From positions 1-43,645 of IMG/VR virus record IMGVR_UViG_3300029822_000593: DNA of 43,645 bases. The stretch is one strand, 5' to 3'. This stretch comes from a virus. Its lineage: Duplodnaviria > Caudoviricetes. The stretch's first letter is position 1. Each line of letters opens with the position of its first letter. Shown one piece after another: positions 9,320 through 20,176 of the stretch. Below the pieces are notes generated by a model, which worked only from the letters and a program-made list of their open reading frames with translations, made no database searches and had not been told where the DNA came from. The position numbers and the translations under genes were made by a program.

Positions 9320-12300
9320 ATGGCGGAAGGCGAAAGTATTGGTTCTTTGGCGGTACGTGTTGCCCTGGATGACTCCAGCTTTACAAAGGGGATGCAAAAC
9401 TTAAAGAGAAGCTTGGGCGTAATAGACAGCGGGTTCAAGTCTAGCATTGCCGGCGTGAAAGACTGGGGCAAAAGTTTGGATAACTTGAAGAACAATGCCC
9501 AGGCGCTCGGTGACAAAATTGAAGTACAGAGGAAAATTGTCCAAGGTTATTCAGAACAAATTGGAAAATTGCGAACAACTTTGGATGAGAATGGGCAGGC
9601 TATGAATACCCTCCGTACCAGAGTCGAAAATACTAGGCGGGCATATGAACAATCCAAAGCGACGTTCGGAGAAAATGATGAGCAAACTAGGCGTTTGAAG
9701 TCAGATCTAAACAATCTCACCCGTGAGTACCAAAGCAGCGAAAGAGCTGTTCTGAACAACGACAGAAGCATAAAAAACTATACTACCCAGATGAATAATG
9801 CCCAGGGGAAGCTAAAAGGTTTTGAAAACCAGCTAGATGAAACAAACAGAAAAATAGCTAATTTTAAGCTGGCTTCTTTAAGTACCTCCCTAAAGGAAAG
9901 CGGAGAAAAATTTAAGCTTGCCGGAGATACTGCAAACAGATTCGGTGATAGTCTCCTAACGCTGTCTGTTCCCCTTGTTGGCGTTGGTGTAGCGGCGGGC
10001 AAGGTTGGAATAAGCTTTGAAAACTCCATGAGCCAAGCCGCGGGGGCACTAAACAAGCCTATGAGCTCTATGGGGAGTTTGAGAAGTTTGGCGTTGAAAC
10101 TAGGCGCTGATACGCAATTCTCTGCAACTGAGATGGCACAAGCCATGACAGGGCTCGCAAAAGGTGGTTTGAGTGAAGCTCAAATCAAAATGGGCGCCTT
10201 GGATGCGACGCAGAAACTGGCGGCGTCCTCTGGTATGCAGTTGGGAGATGCGGCAAATACAATAGTACAGGCAATGGGAGCCTTTGGGCTGTCGGCAAAT
10301 CATGCGAGTGAGGCGGCAAACGCCCTGGCAGGTTCGGCGGCGGCATCATCCACAGACGTGGAGCCACTGACGGAAGCACTAGAACAGTGTTCAGCCGGTG
10401 CCCACCTGGCAGGCTGGTCTATACAAGACACCACAGCGGTGCTTGGGGCATTCGCAGACAAAGGGCTTGTAGGGTCGGATGCTGGTACATCCCTAAAAAC
10501 CATGTTCCAAAGGCTAACCGCTCCAACTGGAGAAGCGTCGGCAGAAATGCAAAAACTTGGAATAAATGTTTGGGACAGCAGCGGCCATCTAAAAAATGCA
10601 GCCGGAGTAGCCCAGGAACTGCAAACCCACATGAAGGGTCTGTCTGACTCCGAGCGTGACCAGGCCATGAGTACGATATTTGGTAGTGATGCTACTAGAG
10701 CCGGGAGCATAATGATGGCGTATGGTGCGGCTGGCATAGAAAAATATACTAAGGCCACAAATGACCAGACCTCGGCGGGCAGACTTGCCCAAAGCCAAAT
10801 GAGCGATACCCAAAAGGCTATCGAGAGTATGAAAGGCTCACTCGAGACGGCGGCTATAAAGCTCGAGGGCAATTTTGCCCCGGCAATAAAGTCCGTGGCA
10901 GATGATGTTGGAAAGCTGGCCGATGGATTCGGAAATTTGAGCCCAGGGGCACAAAAGGCTGTTGTTGGATTTGGCGTTGTTACATTGGCTGCGGGTGGCA
11001 CCTTAAAGGCCGTTGGAGGTGTAGCTAATGGCCTGGGGAGTATCCTTGATCTGCTTGGCAAATTTGCGGGCAAGGAAGCAGCCACAGGAGCGGCATCCAA
11101 GATAGCGGAAGCGGGAATAAAAGGAGCTGGAGTGGCAACAGCAGGAACAGCGGCGGCTACAGCAGGAGCAACAACTGCGGCTGGTGGATTTGCGGCAAGC
11201 TTAGGGACGGCGGCACTCGCGGCGGCCCCTTTTGCGCTCGCGGGTGCGGGAGTCGTGGCAGGTGGAATAGCTATACACCATGTCCTAACCCAACAAGCAA
11301 TCCCCTCCGTCGACCTATTTGCAGACAAAACTACAAAGTCTGCCAAGATAGTCGCAAACGGGTATGGCAATGCTACCCAGCAAATAACCACCCATACAGT
11401 GAAGATAAGTGCGGCAACCAAGAAGGCTGTCGGTGCATATATACAGATGGATGACGGGATAAAGAAAGCCCTTACCAACCTGTATGTAAATGGCACAATA
11501 ATAACAAATAAAACTGCGACCAGCATGGTGGGAAAATACAAGCAGATGGGCACACAGATAAAATTAGGCATGGATAAGCATTATAATGATGAATATGCCA
11601 CTATGAAGCAGTTTTTCCAGAAGTCCACTGCCCTAAATACTACGCAAGAACAGCAGGCACTTTTAAAACTGACAAATAATAACAATGTTAAAAAAGCACG
11701 TATAAATTCATATACACAGCAGATACAGGCAATTTTCCAGAGAGCTGCAAGCAAACACAGGTCCTTAACCGCGCAGGAACAACAACAGGTTAATTCCCTC
11801 CAAGACAAAATGCGAGTAAATGCTGTGAATTCCCTCTCTACCAACGAAGTCCAAGCAAAAGTAATACTGCAGAGGATAAAGGATTATGGCACCAACATAA
11901 CAGCCCAACAAGCGAGCTCAATAATAAAGAGTGCCAATAGGCAGAGGGATGGGGCTATATCGGCGGCAAATGCACAGTACAATAAAACTGTGTCGGCCAT
12001 AATAAGAGCCAGGGATGAAAGCCACAGCATAACAGCAGACCAGGCGAATAAGCTCATAGCGGATGCCAAGAGACAACGCGATGGAACTGTGAACCACGCT
12101 GAAAATATGAGAAACAATGTTGTGAAAAAAGTTTCTAACATGAATTCTGATACTTCCAAAAATGTCGATACCACCACAGGGAACATCCTAACAAAGTGGG
12201 ATAAAATAAAGAGATACTGGGAGAATTGGCACCCGGTGAAAAAAGTATTTAGCTTTTTCGAAAGCTTTTCTGGAAATACCAAAGGCAAGGCGGCAAATGC

Positions 12301-13912
12301 CCAGGGAGGATATGCGGCCGGGACATTCGACGCATCCCCTGGTTGGCACTGGGTAGGTGAACAAGGCCCCGAGCTTTTGTATTTTGCCGGTGGTGAATCC
12401 GTAATTGACTCTAAGCAAAGCAATAAAGTTGCCAAGGAAGTTACCAAGGGGCAGGGCGATACTAAAAACAGCGCCTCTGAACAGCTGAAAGCCTCGGAGA
12501 AATTCGGGCAAGATATGAATGCCTCTCTTGCTAAAGGGCTGACTGAGACAGAGCCCATTGCGACAACACCCATAAATACCCTGAATGCTACGAATAAAAA
12601 GGCAATGGATACGGCAGTAGCAGAATATACTACCCACGGGCAAAATATGGACAAGAATCTAGGCACTGCTATAACTGCGAATCAGCCGCTTGTGGACAAT
12701 GCCACAAACGGAGTAACGACTACGAATAATAATCTATTAAATGTTTTTTCTGCTGATGTTGTTAAATATGGTGTCCAGACCGATACTTCTCTCGCATCTG
12801 GTATAACCGGGACGCTGGCAACCGTAATGGCATCCGTAAATAACATGATAACTTCTATGAGAAATGCCCTCCAATCTTTTTCTAGCTCCTGTGTATCTAT
12901 AGGAAAATCTATAGGAGATTCCATAGCAACAGGGATACAACAGAGCGAGAAGAACGCCACGGATATGGCCAAACAGCTGGCACAGAAAATTATAGCGGCG
13001 TTCGAGGGCCCTGATGGATTCGATGTAAATTCACCTTCCAGGAAAACGACTTGGATGGGGAATATGTTAGGCGCCGGCGTAATAAAAGGCTGGAGCAAAT
13101 CCGAAGTTATGAAGTTTTTTAAAGACGAAGTAGGAAAATTGGGGGACTTCATGACGGGCAGTAGCAAACAACTGGCAGGGTGGCTGACCACAGCCCTGAT
13201 GATTACAGGACAGTCTTTATCGGCACTCCCTGCACTCGAAATAATAGCACAGCACGAATCCGGCGGAAACCCACTAGCCATAAACCTGCGGGATTCCAAC
13301 GCGGCGGCGGGGCATCCATCTGAAGGCTTGATGCAGACAATAGGCCCGACATTCGAGAGATGGAAACTCCCAGGCATGGACAATATCTGGAACCCAATAG
13401 ACAATGCCGTGGCGGCTATAAGATACATGATAGGTGAATATGGCAGTATCTTTAATGTGCCTGGCGTAAGGTCTATCTTAGGCGGCGGCGGATACCTGCC
13501 GTATGCAACAGGTACAAATAACGCACTCCCGGGATGGAGAACGGTCGGTGAAAAAGGCATGGAATATGAATATTCTCCAAATGGTGGAGAAACCATACTA
13601 AGCAATAGAGACACCACAAAGATGATCAATATCCCCGATATGATACAGGGGTTAGGCAAACAGGTAGCCCAAATCGGGAATAACATTGTAGGTGCTATCC
13701 AAAACCTAAACAACAGCCGTGTGAATCTAAACGTAAATGCCAATGTATCCATGGCAGGGGCTACGCAGGATGCCGATACAGGTGAACCCGTATATATAAT
13801 TGTGAAAGGGAACACATTTCTGTCCAAGAAAGGGATGGATGAGTTTGTAGATACCCTTTCTAACAAACTCGCCATGAGGACAAATGCCAAAAGGAGGCGT
13901 GTGAGAATATGA
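9320..13912 (+). CDS. Tape measure protein with C-terminal lytic transglycosylase (SLT) domain
   Basis: 1530 aa, Ala/Gly-rich; TP901-like core (TQFSATE, GSDAGTSLK); HESGGN, GLMQT and DNAVAAIRY SLT motifs. Confidence 0.95.
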   Translation: MAEGESIGSLAVRVALDDSSFTKGMQNLKRSLGVIDSGFKSSIAGVKDWGKSLDNLKNNAQALGDKIEVQRKIVQGYSEQIGKLRTTLDENGQAMNTLRTRVENTRRAYEQSKATFGENDEQTRRLKSDLNNLTREYQSSERAVLNNDRSIKNYTTQMNNAQGKLKGFENQLDETNRKIANFKLASLSTSLKESGEKFKLAGDTANRFGDSLLTLSVPLVGVGVAAGKVGISFENSMSQAAGALNKPMSSMGSLRSLALKLGADTQFSATEMAQAMTGLAKGGLSEAQIKMGALDATQKLAASSGMQLGDAANTIVQAMGAFGLSANHASEAANALAGSAAASSTDVEPLTEALEQCSAGAHLAGWSIQDTTAVLGAFADKGLVGSDAGTSLKTMFQRLTAPTGEASAEMQKLGINVWDSSGHLKNAAGVAQELQTHMKGLSDSERDQAMSTIFGSDATRAGSIMMAYGAAGIEKYTKATNDQTSAGRLAQSQMSDTQKAIESMKGSLETAAIKLEGNFAPAIKSVADDVGKLADGFGNLSPGAQKAVVGFGVVTLAAGGTLKAVGGVANGLGSILDLLGKFAGKEAATGAASKIAEAGIKGAGVATAGTAAATAGATTAAGGFAASLGTAALAAAPFALAGAGVVAGGIAIHHVLTQQAIPSVDLFADKTTKSAKIVANGYGNATQQITTHTVKISAATKKAVGAYIQMDDGIKKALTNLYVNGTIITNKTATSMVGKYKQMGTQIKLGMDKHYNDEYATMKQFFQKSTALNTTQEQQALLKLTNNNNVKKARINSYTQQIQAIFQRAASKHRSLTAQEQQQVNSLQDKMRVNAVNSLSTNEVQAKVILQRIKDYGTNITAQQASSIIKSANRQRDGAISAANAQYNKTVSAIIRARDESHSITADQANKLIADAKRQRDGTVNHAENMRNNVVKKVSNMNSDTSKNVDTTTGNILTKWDKIKRYWENWHPVKKVFSFFESFSGNTKGKAANAQGGYAAGTFDASPGWHWVGEQGPELLYFAGGESVIDSKQSNKVAKEVTKGQGDTKNSASEQLKASEKFGQDMNASLAKGLTETEPIATTPINTLNATNKKAMDTAVAEYTTHGQNMDKNLGTAITANQPLVDNATNGVTTTNNNLLNVFSADVVKYGVQTDTSLASGITGTLATVMASVNNMITSMRNALQSFSSSCVSIGKSIGDSIATGIQQSEKNATDMAKQLAQKIIAAFEGPDGFDVNSPSRKTTWMGNMLGAGVIKGWSKSEVMKFFKDEVGKLGDFMTGSSKQLAGWLTTALMITGQSLSALPALEIIAQHESGGNPLAINLRDSNAAAGHPSEGLMQTIGPTFERWKLPGMDNIWNPIDNAVAAIRYMIGEYGSIFNVPGVRSILGGGGYLPYATGTNNALPGWRTVGEKGMEYEYSPNGGETILSNRDTTKMINIPDMIQGLGKQVAQIGNNIVGAIQNLNNSRVNLNVNANVSMAGATQDADTGEPVYIIVKGNTFLSKKGMDEFVDTLSNKLAMRTNAKRRRVRI

Positions 13913-14691
13913 ATCTGCGGATGACAGTGAATGGAATGGACACGCTGATGTATGGGACAAGGCTTTTGTCTCGGTCTATAGGTGTGCCTGCCGTAACAAC
14001 GTATGATGATTGGCTCAAGGGCGCCATGAATCCCATTGTGTTCGGACAGCAAACCACGTACAGACAAATAAAGCTGAACTTTTTGGTAAAAGATGGTGAC
14101 GATAAATCCGCATTCACCAACATGAGCGGGCTCCTCGCAAGGATGCGTCAATGTTCCATAAAATTCCAAGATATGGACTATGCCTATGACTGCGTCCTAC
14201 AGGAGGCAGGGGAGCCGGAGAAAAGCATTATGGATGGCAGGTTTAAGCTGGAAGTGACCCTCAAGGCGGCATATGCCTACACAAGCGAGGAGGAACAGAG
14301 TTATAACCTCGAATTCACGACGCTAGATAATTCCATAAATGTGAATGTCAAGGGCAACCTCCCGGTGCCCATAATTGTGCAGGCAGAGCTATTAGAAGCG
14401 GATACGGACTTAAACTTGATGTTCAACGTGGACCCAGACGACGACACCAGCATTAAGGGGTGGATTAAAAACGGGTTTATTATGCGACCGTTGTACAAGA
14501 ATTCTGGGCTGATTGTAGATGGAGAAAAATGCACAGTGTTCCAGAACGGGCAAAATGACTATGATAGTTTCTGGGGCAACTTTGTGACGCTACAGCCTGG
14601 GAATAATACGGTCCCAGTATCATTCGAAGCGCTAAACAACGGGGATGCTAAATTAAGTTTAAAAATAAAATACAAACCAAGATATATGTAG
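13909..14691 (+). CDS. Distal tail (Dit-like) protein
   Basis: Directly after TMP; FVTLQPGNNTV and YKPRYM C-terminal motifs. Confidence 0.8.
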   Translation: MNLRMTVNGMDTLMYGTRLLSRSIGVPAVTTYDDWLKGAMNPIVFGQQTTYRQIKLNFLVKDGDDKSAFTNMSGLLARMRQCSIKFQDMDYAYDCVLQEAGEPEKSIMDGRFKLEVTLKAAYAYTSEEEQSYNLEFTTLDNSINVNVKGNLPVPIIVQAELLEADTDLNLMFNVDPDDDTSIKGWIKNGFIMRPLYKNSGLIVDGEKCTVFQNGQNDYDSFWGNFVTLQPGNNTVPVSFEALNNGDAKLSLKIKYKPRYM

Positions 14692-14717
14692 GAGCTAGGC
14701 TTTAGCCCCTATTTTTT
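14689..14717 (+). terminator. Terminator-like hairpin after Dit
   Basis: taggagcta-ggctt-tagccccta (one mismatch) followed by a T run. Confidence 0.45.
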
Positions 14718-14741
14718 ATATAAATCTCTAGGAGGTAATAA

Positions 14742-15086
14742 ATGGTGGATATAAAAGAAACGGTGAACCTAAATGGGAACATAACAATTAAGGACGCTAC
14801 AGGGAATGACGTTGTGGCAGCGTATATAAATGCCTCTATAGATGGCAGTAATCTAAGCGGAAATGTAAGTATAAATGTCCGAGATAAAGCCCTGCTACAG
14901 GGAGACAACCTTGTGAATTCCGCAGGAGAAACGCCGGCACAGCAGTACGAGGAATTTGCCCAGCTAATGAAAAACAAAGCTATTGAGCTAGGATTTAACA
15001 TATTTGGGGGACAGGCACCGGATGCACCGCAGAATCTAACGGCGAGTGGAACAACAGAAAATGGCACAGTTTTGAACTGGAAGTAA
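14742..15086 (+). CDS. Hypothetical tail-region protein ending in an FN3-like fragment
   Basis: AGGAGG RBS; C-terminus APDAPQNLTASGTTENGTVLNWK. Confidence 0.7.
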   Translation: MVDIKETVNLNGNITIKDATGNDVVAAYINASIDGSNLSGNVSINVRDKALLQGDNLVNSAGETPAQQYEEFAQLMKNKAIELGFNIFGGQAPDAPQNLTASGTTENGTVLNWK

Positions 15087-15107
15087 AAAAATAGGAGGGC
15101 GTAATTT

Positions 15108-15494
15108 ATGAAAATTACAAATAAAGAACTTATAAATGATATTGGGGTTTTGAGGGATATTTCCCAGAAACAACTGCCGGTAAAAATATCCTATGCCATA
15201 GCCAAGAATATTGCCAAGGTGGATGCCGAGCTGAAAATTTACAACAAGGAGAGGCAAAAACTAATTAATAAATACTCGGAAAAAGGCGAGGATGGAAAAC
15301 CAAGAATAAATGAAAACAACCAGTACAGAATAAAGAAGGAATGCCTGGAAGATTGGAACAAAGATATCCAAGAACTGCTTTCCATATCGGTCGAATTAGA
15401 TGTTTTTACGTTCTCGGTAGACCTATTAGACGGGTTCAACATTTCCCCGGCAGAAATGGGCGTTCTCGCTCGAATGGTGGATGATGGAAAGTAA
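15108..15494 (+). CDS. Hypothetical phage tail-region protein (DUF1617-like)
   Basis: AGGAGG RBS; LPVKISYAIAKN...ERQKLINKY motif. Confidence 0.65.
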   Translation: MKITNKELINDIGVLRDISQKQLPVKISYAIAKNIAKVDAELKIYNKERQKLINKYSEKGEDGKPRINENNQYRIKKECLEDWNKDIQELLSISVELDVFTFSVDLLDGFNISPAEMGVLARMVDDGK

Positions 15495-15518
15495 AAAACT
15501 CCGGGAGGAGGTTAATAT

Positions 15519-18500
15519 ATGCTTAAATTGGAAGATGATCGGCATTATCCTATTGCGCCGCTGCCCAATGCTAAAGATGTAAAAATAGAGCGGGATTTGT
15601 CTGGAAATGATACCCTCTCTTTTTCCTATGCTATGGGGGTAGACACATTTGCAAAACTAATAAAACCGCAGGGGTTTATCATAACGCCCGATCAGGAATA
15701 CGTAATAAAGGAAGTTAACCCAGGCGAGGAAAACTACATGGATGTGACAGCGGTTGTGAATATAGAGGATTTAAAAAGCTCCTATATCAACGGGTTCACG
15801 AGGGAAGATGTACCGCTCTCCGAGCTCGCAACAAATGCCCTAACCGGCATGAACTGGACTTTCAAAACGAATGTAAACAAGCTTAGAAGCTTATCTATGA
15901 CAGATTCGACCATCTATGAAATCCTAATGAAACTGGCCGACCTATATATGTGTGATATATGGTTTGATGCCAAAAATAAGGTTGTGACATTCGACGAATA
16001 TGTCACGTCCGGCGTGAGCAAAGGATACTTCATAGATAAACTGAACTTGGAGAGTCTGCAGGTGCAGAATACCACATATGATTTTTGTACCAGGTTAATA
16101 CCGGTGGGGAAGGACGAACTTCGGATAACGGACGTAAATGCGGGGCTGGAGTATGTAGAAAACTACCAGTATACGAGCCAGATTATAGTTGCATACTGGA
16201 AAGCAGATCAATATACAGATGCAAGCGCCCTAAAAGAGGACGCAGTGAAGAAGCTGGAATTTCTTTCAAAACCCACATTGGCGTACAAAGCCAAAGTGCG
16301 AGACCTTGCAAACATCCTACCTAAGGACTATGGATTTATGCGCTACAAGCTCGGAGATTATATCAAAATAGTGGACTCATCTAAGCAACTAATAGATGTG
16401 GTTAGAATCGTAAAGACAACAGACTATCCATTTGACCCGGAGAGCAACGAAATGGAGCTCAACAGCAGGTACGAGCTACTAGAGGATATCGAGTCCAAAA
16501 ATGAACTTACAAGCGACACTGTGGACGACATAACTACCCCGGATGGTGGGGAAGTGAGCGGGGAGAAGATAGATGGCGTGGACTGGACAAAAGTGAAGAA
16601 TGTCCAGATAGACACCGCCCAAATAAAGGACCTCTCCGTCACTACAGCCAAGATTCAAGATGCTACTATAACTACGGCGAAAATTGGAGATCTATCCGTG
16701 ACAAACGCCAAGATAGCAAATGCCACAATTACAGACGCCAAGATACACGACCTATCAGCAGACAAAATCACTGCCGGCACAATAGATGCCCGATTTATCC
16801 GCGTGATAAACTTAAATGCGGACTGGATAAATGCCGGCACCATAAATGCAAATCTGATAGGGGCAAGGACCATCACAGCGGACAAGCTCGCCGCCCATAC
16901 CATCACGTCCAACGAAATAGAAGTAGGTACTATAACTGCCGAGAGTGGCATAATAGCGGATGCGGCCATAGGCACAGCGCAGATACAAGACCTTTCCGTT
17001 ACAGGTGCCAAAATAGCCACAGCGGCTATAGACACCGTAAACATAAAAGCCGGCGCAATAACTACCGCTCTTATTGGCACTGGTGCAGTAGATACCGCCC
17101 AAATAGCAGATGGGAGCATTACAGATGCGAAAATAGTTTCTCTTACTGCGTCCAAAATCACCGCCGGCACTCTAGATGCAGGCGTAATAAACGTAATAAA
17201 TCTCAACGCGGATAATATAACTGTGGGTACCATAAATGGACAGCATATAGCAGATGGAGCCATAACCGGGGATAAAATAACCCCGGGAGCTATAGACGAT
17301 ACCAAAATAAAAGATGGAGCAAGCATAAATGGTGCCAAGCTCAATATCAACACAGTATTCGACGAGATGAACGCCAACCAGGATATAGGCTATGGCGACG
17401 GTGGATATGGTAAATCCGCCTATGGCGGGGAGCGGCACGAATTAAATGACAGTAAAATTGTCATCACTCAGGAGGGGAAAACCCTTGATTTGGTGCTTGC
17501 AGACGTTGGGGATAGAATTAGCGCGGCAGAGGTAAAAATAACACCAGACGCCATAATAAGCACCGTAATAAATAGCACCGAATTTAATACGGCATCTTCA
17601 CAAGTAGCTCAATCCGCAGAAAATATAAAGATAGGCTTTAATGGTATAGACAACAACGTGGTATTCGACTCGGACGGGCTACATGTGAACCACGGTTCTA
17701 TAGACGCTAGCCTTGCCAATATAACCAATATAAACGCAAGCAATATAAACACAGGAATTTTGCAGGGCAATTTAATCGCCGCTAACACTATTACAGGGGG
17801 TAAAATCGTTGCAGGCGCCATAACTTCCAGAGAAATAGCTACAGGGACAATTACAGCGAATGAAATAGCCGGGCATACTATTACATCGGCAGAGCTAAAG
17901 ACTGGCACTATAACCGCCTCTAGTGGGATAATAGCGTCCATAGATGCGAGTAAGATAACCACCGGGACATTGGACGGTTCCGATATAAATACCGTGAATT
18001 TGCAAGCTCAAGACCTGCTAGTAAAATACAATGGTACACAACTTATTAACGCCCGACCGGACATAAACGGCGGGCGTATTTATATTTACAATAATGATGG
18101 AGATCTTAACGTAACTATTGGCTCTAGCGGATTTGCGCCGTCCAATATCGGCGGAACGCTAATTCTCCAAGATAATAACGGGAACCATAAGGTTGAGGCT
18201 GGAGTTGCAACAGAAGATAATAGCGGAGTAATAAACGCCTATGGCTCCAGTACTAGTTATTATGTTGCAGGCGTATATGGCGCACACGATGACAAAAACG
18301 GGAACGATGACCCCGCGCTATTCACGAAAATGCCTGGGGCTCTCTCTTTTCTAACCCCTAGGTATTTGTACGTAGGGAATCAGAAAGTAGTAGACAATGG
18401 AGATTTATACCATATTGGGCACGGGAGTGTGGCATACCAGACTAGTATTTCTCTGGGGAGTAATGAATCAACCACGATAAACCACAACCTAGGATACTAC

Positions 18501-18632
18501 CCTATAGTCCAATGTGACGGCAATACAGGGAATAGAGTTATAAATGTGTACCATAACAGTACTAGCCAAGTGACTATAAGCAATTATAGTTCCGGAGGTA
18601 ATAGCTGGAGTGGTACGGTACGTTTATATTAG
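15519..18632 (+). CDS. Tail spike / baseplate hub (Tal-like) protein with long beta-helical repeats
   Basis: N-terminal prophage tail domain (FCTRLIPVGKDEL, YVENYQY); many ITTAKI / ADKITAGTI repeats. Confidence 0.85.
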   Translation: MLKLEDDRHYPIAPLPNAKDVKIERDLSGNDTLSFSYAMGVDTFAKLIKPQGFIITPDQEYVIKEVNPGEENYMDVTAVVNIEDLKSSYINGFTREDVPLSELATNALTGMNWTFKTNVNKLRSLSMTDSTIYEILMKLADLYMCDIWFDAKNKVVTFDEYVTSGVSKGYFIDKLNLESLQVQNTTYDFCTRLIPVGKDELRITDVNAGLEYVENYQYTSQIIVAYWKADQYTDASALKEDAVKKLEFLSKPTLAYKAKVRDLANILPKDYGFMRYKLGDYIKIVDSSKQLIDVVRIVKTTDYPFDPESNEMELNSRYELLEDIESKNELTSDTVDDITTPDGGEVSGEKIDGVDWTKVKNVQIDTAQIKDLSVTTAKIQDATITTAKIGDLSVTNAKIANATITDAKIHDLSADKITAGTIDARFIRVINLNADWINAGTINANLIGARTITADKLAAHTITSNEIEVGTITAESGIIADAAIGTAQIQDLSVTGAKIATAAIDTVNIKAGAITTALIGTGAVDTAQIADGSITDAKIVSLTASKITAGTLDAGVINVINLNADNITVGTINGQHIADGAITGDKITPGAIDDTKIKDGASINGAKLNINTVFDEMNANQDIGYGDGGYGKSAYGGERHELNDSKIVITQEGKTLDLVLADVGDRISAAEVKITPDAIISTVINSTEFNTASSQVAQSAENIKIGFNGIDNNVVFDSDGLHVNHGSIDASLANITNINASNINTGILQGNLIAANTITGGKIVAGAITSREIATGTITANEIAGHTITSAELKTGTITASSGIIASIDASKITTGTLDGSDINTVNLQAQDLLVKYNGTQLINARPDINGGRIYIYNNDGDLNVTIGSSGFAPSNIGGTLILQDNNGNHKVEAGVATEDNSGVINAYGSSTSYYVAGVYGAHDDKNGNDDPALFTKMPGALSFLTPRYLYVGNQKVVDNGDLYHIGHGSVAYQTSISLGSNESTTINHNLGYYPIVQCDGNTGNRVINVYHNSTSQVTISNYSSGGNSWSGTVRLY

Positions 18633-18643
18633 GAGATGATAGA

Positions 18644-18985
18644 TTGAATTATTACGCTATAGTAGATCAAAATAAAAAGATTATTCAGCTTTTTGGATGG
18701 GGTGATAATAGACTGCTTCCGGCAGGCTATCCTCACTCGGAGGGCACAAATATAGTGGAGATACCGGAGAAATTCGCCAAGGAAATGCAGGAGAAGTGGC
18801 AGGATAGCGCCCCATATATAAAGGACATTTCCGCCGCAATGGATTCCTCCAAAGGCTACAGCGAATACTTCTCCGATATGCCAAGGGAGAAAACAGAGGC
18901 AAGCCCCAAGTTTACGGCGGAAGACTTGCAAAAACAAATAGCGGATTTGCAAACACAAATAAAGGAGATGAAAGCAAATGGCTAG
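18644..18985 (+). CDS. Hypothetical tail-associated protein
   Basis: Between spike and fibre genes; C-terminal coiled coil. Confidence 0.6.
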   Translation: MNYYAIVDQNKKIIQLFGWGDNRLLPAGYPHSEGTNIVEIPEKFAKEMQEKWQDSAPYIKDISAAMDSSKGYSEYFSDMPREKTEASPKFTAEDLQKQIADLQTQIKEMKANG

Positions 18986-20162
18986 TACAACAGCAAACTA
19001 CGGATTCACCAAGCCCGATAAAGGGGCTGCTGGTTGGGATGTGGATTTAAACAAAAATTTTGACGATATAGATACACAAATAAAGGCCAGGGCAGATGAA
19101 TCTGCCAGCAGGTATACAAAGACCGAAGCAGACAACACGTTCGCGGCAAAAACACAAATAGGAGATTTAGCAGTGCTTTCAACAACTGCAAAAGACAGCA
19201 TAGTCAATGCCTTAAATGAGGTTTTCAACGAAGTCAATAGTGGCAAGACTAGTATTTACGGAGCCATTGTTGACAAAGGCGTAACGCCCTCTAGTCAGGC
19301 GTTCGCCGATTTGGTAACAGCGATTGGAGCTATAACAACTGGCGGAGACGTGACAATTGAGGGCACAGCGACAGCCCCCGACATATTGGAAGGGAAGACT
19401 GCTACAGTGCCTAGCGGAGTTATTACAGGTACTATGGCAAATCATTCGGGAGATACAGATGTAGGACATACGCAGGCTATTAGTTACGTAGTTAGTCTCA
19501 CTACGCATAATATTTATTTTAGATTGGATCCTGGAGCATATATTACACCGGACATGAACGGTGACCCACCATCTGTTTATATTAAGGAACCAAATTTGGT
19601 ACCTGAAAATATAAAAGCGAATGTTTCAATTTTGGGCGTAAGTGGTAAATCTAGCGTAGTCGATACAGCCGACGCAGACGCAGTAGCAGACGATATAGCA
19701 GCACATAAAACAGCTTATGTAAATGGAGAAAAGGTAGAAGGGACGGGCAAAACTAAATTCTATACGGTAGAGATAACCACAGACAGTTTAGACGGGGAAA
19801 TCCCTAATGTTCCATTCAAGCCTAAGTTTATATGTTGGGAAGAAGGGGATGATTTTGTTTTTGGGGGCGGAGGAACATTTTCAGGATGTTGCTATGCAAA
19901 TCTAGATGAATATTACGGCGATCCAGCAACCAAGGCGAAGGGAATATATGTATACAATATCAAGTCTAGTTATGTCTATGATTCTACTTGGGATTTTATT
20001 GAGCCTGTTAATATTAATAACGTTACATGTCCATTTGTTGTGAAGGAAATAGTCGATTCCGCGTATACGATTGGCTTCAATTTTGAAGAATACTTAGCCT
20101 GGTCAATGTCCAGTGTACCTGCTCATAGCAAATTTAACCCTAAATTTACTCTTATTGGCTAG
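18978..20162 (+). CDS. Putative tail fibre / receptor-binding protein
   Basis: TTANYGFTKP...LNKNFDDID N-terminus; IGDL..LSTTAKDSIVNALNE, ATAPDILEGKTA and DIAAHKTAYVNGEKVEGT fibre repeats. Confidence 0.75.
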   Translation: MASTTANYGFTKPDKGAAGWDVDLNKNFDDIDTQIKARADESASRYTKTEADNTFAAKTQIGDLAVLSTTAKDSIVNALNEVFNEVNSGKTSIYGAIVDKGVTPSSQAFADLVTAIGAITTGGDVTIEGTATAPDILEGKTATVPSGVITGTMANHSGDTDVGHTQAISYVVSLTTHNIYFRLDPGAYITPDMNGDPPSVYIKEPNLVPENIKANVSILGVSGKSSVVDTADADAVADDIAAHKTAYVNGEKVEGTGKTKFYTVEITTDSLDGEIPNVPFKPKFICWEEGDDFVFGGGGTFSGCCYANLDEYYGDPATKAKGIYVYNIKSSYVYDSTWDFIEPVNINNVTCPFVVKEIVDSAYTIGFNFEEYLAWSMSSVPAHSKFNPKFTLIG

Positions 20163-20176
20163 CAAGGAGGCGAAGG

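Noticed and set aside
10300-14169. Long minus-strand ORFs (423, 260 and 495 aa) opposite the tape measure gene
   Set aside because: Antisense shadows of an Ala/Gly-rich coding strand, with no recognisable domains
16570-18000. Repeats in the tail spike as a DGR template/variable pair or DNA repeat array
   Set aside because: The repeats are protein-level beta-helix units with divergent codons; no reverse transcriptase is present
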